From Eledone cirrhosa (Eukaryota), in assembly GCA_964016885.1 (NCBI GenBank), contig OZ024743.1, forward strand, positions 52,018,001 to 52,082,000: DNA of 64,000 nucleotides, in the 5' to 3' direction. Under the pieces are notes generated by a model that worked only from the letters and a program-made list of their open reading frames with translations, made no database searches and was not told the origin of the DNA. Positions 24,801 to 37,800 of this stretch are shown here, in pieces (within the stretch, counting starts at the first letter, position 1; each line of letters starts with the position of its first letter). Both the position numbers and the translations under genes were made by a program.

Positions 24801-27800
24801 AAAGACTGACTACACAACACCTCCATACTGTGCCAGAAGGAAAGACTGGCTACACAACACCTCCATACTAGGCCAGAAGGAAAGACTGACTACACAACAC
24901 CTCCATACTGTGCCAGAAGGAAAGACTGACTACACAACACCTCCATACTGTGCCAGAAGGAAAAACTGACTACACAACACCTCCATACTGTGCCAGAAGG
25001 AAAGACTGGCTACACAACACCTCCATACTGTGCCAGAAGGAAAGACTGGCTACACAACACCTCCATACTGTGCCAGAAGGAAAGACTGGCTACACAACAC
25101 CTCCATACTGTGCCAGAAGGAAAGACTGACTACACAACACCTCCATACTGTGCCAGAAGGAAAGACTGACTACACAACACCTCCATACTGTGCCAGAAGG
25201 AAAGACTGGCTACACAACACCTCCATACTGTGCCAGAAGGAAAGACTGGCTACACAACACCTCCATACTGTGCCAGAAGGAAAGACTGACTACACAACAC
25301 CTCCATACTGTGCCAGAAGGAAAGACTGACTACACAACACCTCCATACTGTGCCAGAAGGAAAGACTGGCTACACAACACCTCCATACTGTGCCAGAAGG
25401 AAAGACTGACTACACAATGCCTCCATACTGTGCCAGAAGGAAAGACTGGCTACACAACACCTCCATACTGTGCCAGAAGGAAAGACTGGCTACACAACAC
25501 CTCCATACTGTGCCAGAAGGAAAGACTGGCTACACAACACCTCCATACTGTGCCAGAAGGAAAGACTGGCTACACAACACCTCCATACTGTGCCAGAAGG
25601 AAAGACTGGCTACACAACACCTCCATACTGTGCCAGAAGGAAAGACTGGCTACACAACACCTCCATACTGTGCCAGAAGGAAAGACTGGCTACACAACAC
25701 CTCCATACTGTGCCAGAAGGAAAGACTGGCTACACAACACCTCCATACTGTGCCAGAAGGAAAGACTGGCTACACAATGCCTCCATACTAGGCCAGAAGG
25801 AAAGACTGACTACACAACACCTCCATACTGTGCCAGAAGGAAAGACTGGCTACACAACACCTCCATACTGTGCCAGAAGGAAAGACTGGCTACACAACAC
25901 CTCCATACTGTGCCAGAAGGAAAGACTGGCTACACAACACCTCCATACTGTGCCAGAAGGAAAGACTGGCTACACAACACCTCCATACTGTGCCAGAAGG
26001 AAAGACTGGCTACACAACACCTCCATACTGTGCCAGAAGGAAAGACTGGCTACACAACACCTCCATACTGTGCCAGAAGGAAAGACTGACTACACAACAC
26101 CTCCATACTGTGCCAGAAGGAAAGACTGACTACACAATGCCTCCATACTAGGCCAGAAGGAAAGACTGACTACACAACACCTCCATACTGTGCCAGAAGG
26201 AAAGACTGACTACACAACACCTCCATACTGTGCCAGAAGGAAAGACTGACTACACAACACCTCCATACTGTGCCAGAAGGAAAGACTGGCTACACAACAC
26301 CTCCATACTGTGCCAGAAGGAAAGACTGGCTACACAACACCTCCATACTGTGCCAGAAGGAAAGACTGGCTACACAACACCTCCATACTGTGCCAGAAGG
26401 AAAGACTGGCTACACAACACCTCCATACTGTGCCAGAAGGAAAGACTGGCTACACAACACCTCCATACTGTGCCAGAAGGAAAGACTGGCTACACAACAC
26501 CTCCATACTGTGCCAGAAGGAAAGACTGGCTACACAACACCTCCATACTGTGCCAGAAGGAAAGACTGACTACACAACACCTCCATACTGTGCCAGAAGG
26601 AAAGACTGACTACACAACACCTCCATACTGTGCCAGAAGGAAAGACTGACTACACAACACCTCCATACTGTGCCAGAAGGAAAGACTGGCTACACAACAC
26701 CTCCATACTGTGCCAGAAGGAAAGACTGACTACACAACACCTCCATACTGTGCCAGAAGGAAAGACTGGCTACACAACACCTCCATACTGTGCCAGAAGG
26801 AAAGACTGGCTACACAACACCTCCATACTGTGCCAGAAGGAAAGACTGGCTACACAACACCTCCATACTGTGCCAGAAGGAAAGACTGGCTACACAACAC
26901 CTCCATACTGTGCCAGAAGGAAAGACTGACTACACAACACCTCCATACTGTGCCAGAAGGAAAGACTGACTACACAATGCCTCCATACTAGGCCAGAAGG
27001 AAAGACTGACTACACAACACCTCCATACTGTGCCAGAAGGAAAGACTGACTACACAACACCTCCATACTGTGCCAGAAGGAAAGACTGACTACACAACAC
27101 CTCCATACTGTGCCAGAAGGAAAGACTGGCTACACAACACCTCCATACTGTGCCAGAAGGAAAGACTGACTACACAACACCTCCATACTGTGCCAGAAGG
27201 AAAGACTGACTACACAACACCTCCATACTGTGCCAGAAGGAAAGACTGACTACACAACACCTCCATACTGTGCCAGAAGGAAAGACTGACTACACAACAC
27301 CTCCATACTGTGCCAGAAGGAAAGACTGGCTACACAACACCTCCATACTGTGCCAGAAGGAAAGACTGACTACACAACACCTCCATACTGTGCCAGAAGG
27401 AAAGACTGACTACACAACACCTCCATACTGTGCCAGAAGGAAAGACTGACTACACAACACCTCCATACTGTGCCAGAAGGAAAGACTGACTACACAACAC
27501 CTCCATACTGTGCCAGAAGGAAAGACTGGCTACACAACACCTCCATACTGTGCCAGAAGGAAAGACTGGCTACACAACACCTCCATACTGTGCCAGAAGG
27601 AAAGACTGGCTACACAACACCTCCATACTGTGCCAGAAGGAAAGACTGGCTACACAACACCTCCATACTGTGCCAGAAGGAAAGACTGGCTACACAACAC
27701 CTCCATACTGTGCCAGAAGGAAAGACTGGCTACACAACACCTCCATACTGTGCCAGAAGGAAAGACTGACTACACAACACCTCCATACTGTGCCAGAAGG

Positions 27801-30800
27801 AAAGACTGGCTACACAATACCTCCATACTGTGCCAGAAGGAAAGACTGGCTACACAACACCTCCATACTGTGCCAGAAGGAAAGACTGGCTACACAACAC
27901 CTCCATACTGTGCCAGAAGGAAAGACTGGCTACACAACACCTCCATACTGTGCCAGAAGGAAAGACTGGCTACACAACACCTCCATACTGTGCCAGAAGG
28001 AAAGACTGACTACACAACACCTCCATACTGTGCCAGAAGGAAAGACTGGCTACACAACACCTCCATACTGTGCCAGAAGGAAAAACTGACTACACAATGC
28101 CTCCATACTGTGCCAGAAGGAAAGACTGGCTACACAACACCTCCATACTGTGCCAGAAGGAAAGACTGGCTACACAACACCTCCATACTGTGCCAGAAGG
28201 AAAGACTGGCTACACAACACCTCCATACTGTGCCAGAAGGAAAGACTGGCTACACAACACCTCCATACTGTGCCAGAAGGAAAGACTGACTACACAACAC
28301 CTCCATACTGTGCCAGAAGGAAAGACTGACTACACAACACCTCCATACTGTGCCAGAAGGAAAGACTGACTACATAACACCTCCATACTGTGCCAGAAGG
28401 AAAAACTGACTACACAATGCCTCCATACTGTGCCAGAAGGAAAGACTGGCTACACAACACCTCCATACTGTGCCAGAAGGAAAGACTGGCTACACAACAC
28501 CTCCATACTGTGCCAGAAGGAAAGACTGACTACACAACACCTCCATACTGTGCCAGAAGGAAAGACTGACTACACAACACCTCCATACTGTGCCAGAAGG
28601 AAAGACTGGCTACACAACACCTCCATACTGTGCCAGAAGGAAAGACTGGCTACACAACACCTCCATACTGTGCCAGAAGGAAAGACTGGCTACACAACAC
28701 CTCCATACTGTGCCAGAAGGAAAGACTGGCTACACAACACCTCCATACTGTGCCAGAAGGAAAGACTGGCTACACAACACCTCCATACTGTGCCAGAAGG
28801 AAAGACTGGCTACACAACACCTCCATACTGTGCCAGAAGGAAAGACTGACTACACAACACCTCCATACTGTGCCAGAAGGAAAAACTGACTACACAACCA
28901 TCATTTGTTGAACAAGATGAAAAATATGGGAAAGAAAAAAAATTGATCAGTCAACACTACCAATGTGAAATAAAGTATCTTGCTCAAGATCACAATCTGC
29001 TGTCTGGTGCAGGATCTGAAGCCACAACCTAATGATTGTGAGTCCAATATCCTAACCACAAGGCCACATGCCTTCATGAACTAATACTGTAGCAGCTAAT
29101 ACAGTTGAACAGACTGGAGTAATGCGAAATGAAATATCTTCTTGAAGAACACAATGTACCACCCAGTTGTGGCATCGAACAAATGATTTTTTTATCATGA
29201 GCTGAAGAGCCCATGGGAAGGAATGCAAAAGCTATGAGCAGTACAGTACTTTGTTGAACTAAAAGTAAAATAATAAAAAAACAATTGAACAATTGATGTT
29301 AGACAAGACAACAGCTAGCTCCATTCCAGCTGCAAGGAATCAACTAAAACAAGAAAATAGTTGACCAAATGACCAGGTGTTATAACAATACTGACCTCTT
29401 TAAAACAGGGTGATGGGTCTCGTATCTGCTCCAACATAGCCCATTTCACTGTTGCTTGACGAATGTTCGCATCATACTCTCGAGAACTTGCTGTACCAGA
29501 TGGAGTGCCCCGCGATCTTTCATATCCAGGCTCATTGAAGTAAGGCTCAGACACTAATATTAAGGACTGTATAGACACAAGCACCTGCAATAGAACATAT
29601 TTCACAAATGTGTAGAGATGATATGTGGTTGGGTGGTGAGGTCATTAGGAAGAGAAGAAAAAAATTGAGTGAGAAGTGACATGAAAGAGAGAGACTACAT
29701 CAAGAAAAAAGATAGTTGCACATGGGATCATGAACGGACAGACATTAATGCACACACACACACACACACTAATAGAAACAGCCATACACCAAGACAAAAG
29801 TGAAGAGAAATAAAAAGTACCAACTTGTAAAAAACTAGAAGTCTGTGGATTCCATTTTTCTTCCGGTCGACCATGCCATGTATTGAGAACACTTAAACAC
29901 ACTTTGCCGTCATTGTATAGGTTGGGGTTGAATCGGACACTGTGGTTGCCTGTGGTTTCTAGGTTGATGAAGGGTGGGGAAATGGGGTAGTCCTGAGGGA
30001 AGTAAACATCAAACTCAAAACAACCATTGGCATATGGTGTGTCGGCCGGGCCAGTAATGAGCACCTGAAAGACAAGACATTAGGGACATATATATGACTG
30101 TTGGTTGGGTGAATAATGGGCAACTGAAATACTCTGGGGAGATGTGTGTGTTGGCTGAGCCAGGGTTGAACACCTGTAGACAGGACAGATATGTGTGTGT
30201 GTTGGCTGAGCCAGGGTTGAATACCTGTAGACAGGACAGAGATGTGTGTGTTGGCTGAGCCAGGGTTGAACACCTGTAGACAGGACAGAGATGTGTGTAT
30301 GTTAGCTGAGCCAGAGTTGAACACCTGTAGACAGGACAGAGATGTGTGAATGTTGGCTGAGCCAGGGTTGAACACCTGTAGACAGGACAGAGATGTGTGT
30401 GTGTTGGCTGAGCCAGGGTTGAACACCTGTAGACAGGACAGAGATGTGTGTGTGTTGGCTGAGCCAGGGTTGAATACCTGTAGACAGGACAGAGATGTGT
30501 GTGTGTTGGCTGAGCCAGGGTTGAACACCTGTAGACAGGACAGAGATGTGTGTTGGCTGAGCCAGGGTTGAACACCTGTAGACAGGACAGAGATGTGTGT
30601 TGGCTGAGCCAGAGTTGAACACCTGTAGACAGGACAGAGATGTGTGTTGGCTGAGCCAGGGTTGAATACCTGTAGACAGGACAGAGATGTGTGTTGGCTG
30701 AGCCAGGGTTGAACACCTGTAGACAGGACAGAGATGTGTGTTGGCTGAGCCAGGGTTGAATACCTGTAGACAGGACAGAGATGTGTGTTGGCTGAGCCAG

Positions 30801-33800
30801 GGTTGAACACCTGTAGACAGGACAGAGATGTGTGTTGGCTGAGCCAGGGTTGAACACCTGTAGACAGGACAGAGATGTGTGTTGGCTGAGCCAGGGTTGA
30901 ACACCTGTAGACAGGACAGAGATGTGTGTGTGTTGGCTGAGCCAGGGTTGAACACCTGTAGACAGGACAGAGATGTGTGTGTGTTGGCTGAGCCAGGGTT
31001 GAACACCTGTAGATAGGACAGAGATGTGTGTGTTGGCTGAGCCAGGGTTGAATACCTGTAGACAGGACAGAGATGTGTGTGTGTTGGCTGAGCCAGAGTT
31101 GAACACCTGTAGATAGGACAGAGATGTGTGTGTGTTGGCTGAGCCAGGGTTGAACACCTGTAGACAGGACAGAGATGTGTGTTGGCTGAGCCAGGGTTGA
31201 ATACCTGTAGACAGGACAGAGATGTGTGTTGGCTGAGCCAGGGTTGAACACCTGTAGACAGGACAGATTGGGTATGAAAGGCAGAGTTGACTGTGGTAGA
31301 GTTTAAACTAAAAAAGATGGAACAAGTACAGCAAGTCACTTCATCCAATGCTATAATGAATTTAGTGGTCAATTTGCCACCATATCATGACTGCCATTTA
31401 ACGTTCGCTTTCTTTGCTACCAAGGGTTGGGTAGGATTACATAGACCAAGTCAGTAGAGAAGTAGGGCTACTGACCTCCCAGCTGAGGGATCTGTATCCT
31501 GATTACATGCAAAAGAGAAGTGTTTAATGACACAAACTGAAGGATCTTCCTAACCCATTGTTTCACAAGCTTTATAGGGTTGGATGCCCTTCCTAACACT
31601 AACCACTTTACAGTAGTTACTGGGTGCTTATATTGTGTAGATCACCAGTACATAGAGGTTGTTGTGTCTTTGACACAACTAAGGGTCTTCTTAACCTTTT
31701 TAGGCACGACTTCTTCAGCAGGTTGCCCTTCCTGTCACCAACCACTTTTACTGACTGTACTAGGTGCATTTTTGTGGCACTATCACTAGAGAGGTTGTTA
31801 GTCATAGACCCAACTATATATATATATATATCATCTGCAGTGCTGAAACTGGGAAGACCACTAATCATGGGAGTACTCTATGCATAGGGAGATGAAGAGA
31901 GGGTATATAGATAGTCAGGATTTTACCCCCACCCCCTCTATATATATATCCAATAAAAAAAACTAGTGTGTGTCTGTACCTTCATAATGTCCAGTCGGTC
32001 TTCATCACAACGGACAAATACACTGCTACTAGCAGATAACGGTAGGGATGTTGATAGAGTGACAGCTTCCTGGGCCAAACGTCGCGCTCGAGATGGATTC
32101 TTGATGAAACCTGATGTGCGGACATTAGACTCGTAGTGATGAGGAGTGGAAAACTTCATGAAGTTGTCGTTCTCTGTAACCATTTCATAAGTTTCTGAAA
32201 AACAAAGGAATAACACCTTATACTATCACAGTCACTATAGTAAAGTGTTACACAATCTTACAATCACACAATGTCTAGTGTTACAGTTACTATATAATAA
32301 CTATAGTATTACATAGAGATGGAAATTATCCCAGTATATATAGCATGACTGCAGATTTATAGTTACACTTGACTATATAATCAACTAGAAACAGGGCTAA
32401 TCCCAACTAACATTAAAGGTCCTTTATTTTAGGACTATATATACACGTACATTGTAAATTGTTATACATATAAACATCATTGTCTCTCCGTCACAGACAA
32501 GCCAGCTCATAGCACACTTTCTCTCTATCCCCTGTAGAAAATACTAACCCATGTGCGAAAATGGAGGATTTAAACCTTAAAGCTAAGGCCATTACTATTT
32601 CTCAGAGACGTTTTAACCTTTCATCTATTTATTACGATAGCTAGATACCTCTTTCAGACACTGCCACAGCATCACCTCCTATCCACTGGTCTGGCTAGCT
32701 GTTTGGCAGACATGGCCTTGCACTCCCACCTTTTGCTTACACACTCACACACACTTATCCTCCTACTCACCAATGTCAATTCGCTACTCTGAACTGTTTA
32801 ATGACTGCACAGGACAGATGTGGACTCCCTAAGTCGTAGTGAAGGCAATCTGTATAGGAGGGTAGTGACTGATTTAAAAGACGACTGCATGGAGCAGATA
32901 TGAGTTCTGTAAGCCACAGTGAAGGTTACCTGTCTACGAAAGTAGACACTCCAAATAAAAACTGATACAGGGTGGAGAGGACTCTTAAGCTCAGTAAGAC
33001 AACCTCTCTGGGGCTGGTGGCATGAATAATGGTGATAGGTGATAGGAAGGGCATCTAGCCAGAAAAACCCAGTCAAAATATGAAAAGCACAACTAACACG
33101 ATTTCCACGACTTGCAAACTCAGAGCTAACACTAGTCATGTTAGTTCTGTGCATGGTAGTGGGGTGGCTAGAGTAGCCATGTGCAAGAACCCCTTGACCG
33201 TCATGAAACAAGTGCACAACCATTTTCCCTTTCAGGTACATAGAACCTCTCCCCAAGGAAGTAACAACTATCAAGGTACAAATCTCAGGACTGCCACCTT
33301 CAATATTGGCACCCTGAAAGGCCAATCAAGAGAAATTGTGGAACTGTTAGAGAGGTGCAGTAGATGTATGCTGTGTACAAGAAGTTAGATGGAGGGGTGC
33401 CTCAGTGTGACTAATCACAGTCAAACAACAGAAATATAAACTTTACTGGGTAGGAAATTACCCCCAACTTACCCAAAGGAAGGACCAGTTATTGAAGTTG
33501 ACAGTTTTAGGGTCAAAGACGCAATCAAGGAGATGAAGAACGGTAAAGTTATGGGACCTCAGAGATAGTTGATAAGATGCTAAAAGCATCGGGAGAGGTA
33601 GGAACCTGCATAATTAATAAAATAATATAGGACGGGGTCATATCCAATGACTGGCGCAGCAGTACAAGCATAAACTGCTACAAGGGCAAAGGTGATGCTC
33701 TAGAAAGCAGCAAGTATAGAGGAATAAAACTAATGGACCACATTATGAAAGTGAGAGTTATAGTGCAGCTAATTAGGGAAAGAGTCAAAATAGATGAGAT

Positions 33801-34839
33801 GCAGTTTTATTTCATGCCTTGGAAAAGTACCACAGATGCCCTCTTCCTAGTGAGGCAACTACAAGAGGTTCCTAACCAAAAATAAATATTTAGCTTTTGT
33901 TGATTTAGAAAAGGCCTTTGACAAAGTACTTTGATTTATAATCTGGTGGCCCTTAAGGAAATTAGGTATAGAAGAATGGCTTGTGGGAGCAGTGCAAGCT
34001 ATGTAGAGAGAAGCTGTCAGTAAAATGAGAGTAGGAAATGAGTTTAATGAGGAATTTAAGGTAAAAAGTAGTTCATCAAAGTTCAGTTCTTAGTCCACTG
34101 CCATTCATCATAGTTCTCCAGGCCATAACAGAGGAGTTTAAAACTTGCTGTCTATGGGAACTTCTCTATGCAGATGATTTGATCCTTATAGCCAAAACCA
34201 TAAAAGTTGAACATTCTAAATTTATATATATGACTTTATACACATACAATGTAAACATGACTATGAAACTTACCAAACTGGAACGATTTCATCACATTGA
34301 TGTAACGGTTTTCAAGAGAAGTGCTGCTACACAAGTTTTTATCCTCTGCTCTACTGTTTTTATCAGCCGAGGAACCTTCTGGAAAACAATTGTAGATTCT
34401 TAATAATATTGTATGTTAAGAAAAGGAGCTAATCTTTAGATTAGATCAAGTATATTATGTTTCGATTGGTTTTTTCATTGCTGATATCTGTCTATTACAA
34501 CATCTGGCAAAAGGAAGTTGGATTTGAACTAACAACACAAACGGCCAGAGCAGATAACACACAGCCTGACTTTTAACAATTCCGCCAATCCACAGTCTCT
34601 GAATTGGTACTTTATCAACCTCTGAAAGGATGGAAAGCGAAGTTGACCTTGGTAAGAGCACAGTGAGCAAGAACAAATAATGAGATATATCTAATATACT
34701 GCTCTCATCATTTCCATTAAGTAAATCTTAATGGTATCTTTGGGGCCGAAGATGAAGACATCACCTTCAGCAGAGAGAGAGAGAGAGAGAGAGCGAGAGA
34801 GCGAGAGAGCGAGAGAGCGAGAGAGCGAGAGAGCGAGAG

Positions 34840-34884
<45 letters not shown>

Positions 34885-37800
34885 CAAGAAGATGGCATTA
34901 CCTTTTGATCCCTTCAGTTTATCTGTTGCTATCTGGACAATTCTTGCAGTCTCTTGGATGTCTGGAATCAACAGGGCCAATCCTTCATTTTCTTCTTCCT
35001 CTTCTTTAGAAGTTGTAGAAGGACCAGGACCATTGCCAGGGTTGTTGGTGGCTGCAGAACTACTGCCCTTACTTTTATTTGATCTGGTAAACACAATATT
35101 AAGAACAGTGGTTAGTCAGCCAAGTGCTGGGTTAGGCAACAGCAGTGACAAAGTTAACAGACCAAGTTCCTAATGAAACACTTTATTTCAACTAATCATT
35201 TAACAAAGAATTTTGAGGGATTTACGCAGAAACAAATCTGAAAAATAAGTGGGGAGGGAGCAATTAATCAAGACCTGAGAATAAGTGTCAAACACTAAGG
35301 GAAGTAATCATATAGGACCACAGAAAAAATGAGTTAAACAGTTGATATGAAGAGATGATGACTTTCACACACAAACTTCCCGATAGTTTCCATCTACCAA
35401 ATTCCACCTACTATTGACCCAAGGCCATAGTAGAAGACACTTGCTCAAGGTGTCACACAATGTGATCGAACCTGAAACCATGTGGTTACAAAGCAAACTA
35501 ATCACACAGCCATGCCTGTATTTAATAATGATGCTGATGGAAAAGAGTTTCAATAATTGTTTCAAATATAAATCATGCAGGAGATTAATTAGTTTATCAA
35601 ATATTTATGACAACTTACTTTAATCGATTTGCATAGGTGTCGACACATCCCCTCATCTTGTCCAGCAATGTACACACCGATACTGTTGTCTCTCCATCTT
35701 CACACTTGTCTAGAGGTAACAACAATGGAACTAACATTGGGCAGATGGCAATGCCACGCAAGAGTTCAAGCAATGCTTTATACAGGGGCACGTGGCGCGC
35801 CATATCAAGTACAGAGTCATTGCGGAGATATGATGAAATAGCTGGCACGAGGCACGACTGGCTCAGCAGATCCGGCACCACTTCAGGGAGCAGATTGTGA
35901 CAATGAGAAGAAGGATAGACAACTCCATCGAAATCTCTTGGTATCCTATCACTGGGATTGATATAACTGGCGATTACCTGGCAGAGAGAAAATATGTTTC
36001 ATCAGAATATATACACATTTTACCACAACTATGTATATATATATCACGCAGCAGATAGAAATATATTACAAACATCAGAAAATATTAAAATAAATTACAA
36101 ACAAGAAATTAAGTGAAGCATGTAAAATATAGAGTGACTTACTGTGTGAGAAAGTGTGAGTATCATTAAAAATAGGGGTAAAATTCCATATGAATTGAAG
36201 ATGGTAAAAAGAATGAAAGTAGAAAAGTACAAAAGTGTATTTCAATTTATTTTTCTTTCATCATCAACATAGGTTTTACATGTTTTCCACACTTTCAGGT
36301 GTTGGACGGCCCTGCACAGGATCTCTCCACTTGTCACATTCCTTCGTCTGCTTTGTGAGTCTCAGGGATTTAAGATCAGCTCTTACCACTTTCACTCAGG
36401 TCTACCTCTACTTCAGCTTCCTTCCTCTGGGATTTCCTGGCACTTCACCACCAAGCAATCATCATCCATGCCCATCACAAGTCCATCCCAACTGTCTTCT
36501 CTCCTGCACACTACTTTGGTTTCCTCTTAAACCCAATTGCTCTCTCAGTTCCTCCAAGCTCTACATTTCTCACATTTACATTGCATATCCAATGAAGCAT
36601 GTTAGCTTCATTTCTCTCCAGCCTACGTCCTCTGCAATCACTGCCCATGTTTCACTACCATGTAGCACCACATGTCCTCTGCAGTCATTGCCCATGTTTC
36701 ACTACCATGTAGCACTACATGTCCTCTGCAGTCACTGCTCATGTTTCACTACCATGTAGTACCACATGTCCCCTGCAGTCACTGCTCATGTTTCACTACC
36801 ATGTAGCACCACATGTCCTCTGCAGTCACAGCCCATGTTTCACTATGATGTAGCACCACATGTCCTCTGCGATCATTGCCCATTTTTCACTACCATGTAG
36901 CACCACATGTCCTCTGCAGTCACAGCCCATGTTTCACTACCATGTAGTACCACATGTCCTCTGCAATCACTGTCCATGTAGCACCACATGTCATCTGCAA
37001 TCACTACCATGTAGCACCACATGTCCTCTGCAGTCACTGCCCATGTTTCACTACCATGTAGCACCACATGTCCTCTGTAATCACTGCCCATGTTTCACTA
37101 CCATCACACTTCGCACAATAGTGTCACAGCTGTCCCTTTGTCAACAGTGGGAGTAGTTCTCTAAATTTCTTCCATCCTACCCTTATTCTAGCTATTATGT
37201 TCTCTGAGCACCCTCCTTCACAGCTAATTAGGTCATATAGATAGCGGAAGCTAACAACTACTTCTATGGATTCTTAATGTGAATGAAATAAGCTTACATC
37301 ACTGACTCTTCCCCACAATTACACCCGTGTAGTCTTCTCTTCCTGTTAACCCACTACTTCTCTTGTCTACCCAAGATTTACATTGTGTACATTGTATAGA
37401 GTTTATGCCTACTCCCTTTCTACATATTGAGCAGGACCACTTCCCTGAAAGAATCAGGGTCCTATCTTCTTTCCTACTTACTAGCACTTTATTTTTGACT
37501 AAGTTTACTCTCAGACCTTTTGATCCAGATTCTGTTTCCATAGTCAGAACTTATTCTCTAGTTCCTTTATAGATTCAGCTATAAGGACCAGACCTAATCT
37601 CCTCTGTTGTAGCCTGGAGAACTATGATGAACAGCAGTGTGCTGAGAAACTCTTACCTGCACAAAACAAATATTTCTATATTTGGTATATCTGGATATCA
37701 AATATTTTTATTGATTTTGATGAGAATCTTTTCAAAAAATAATTTACATTAGCAAGTTGAGTTTTCCTATTTTGTGAATTATTAAACATGATTATTTTCT

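Noticed and set aside
24776-28898. CRISPR-like array, or repetitive proteins ([19 protein letters not shown] ORFs)
   Set aside because: The units are contiguous with no unique spacers, there are no cas genes, and the array sits in a eukaryotic intron. The ORFs are by-products of a 40-bp period.
29959-31372. Three long - strand ORFs (356-430 aa)
   Set aside because: They are translations of the tandem array and are open in all frames, so they are not independent genes.
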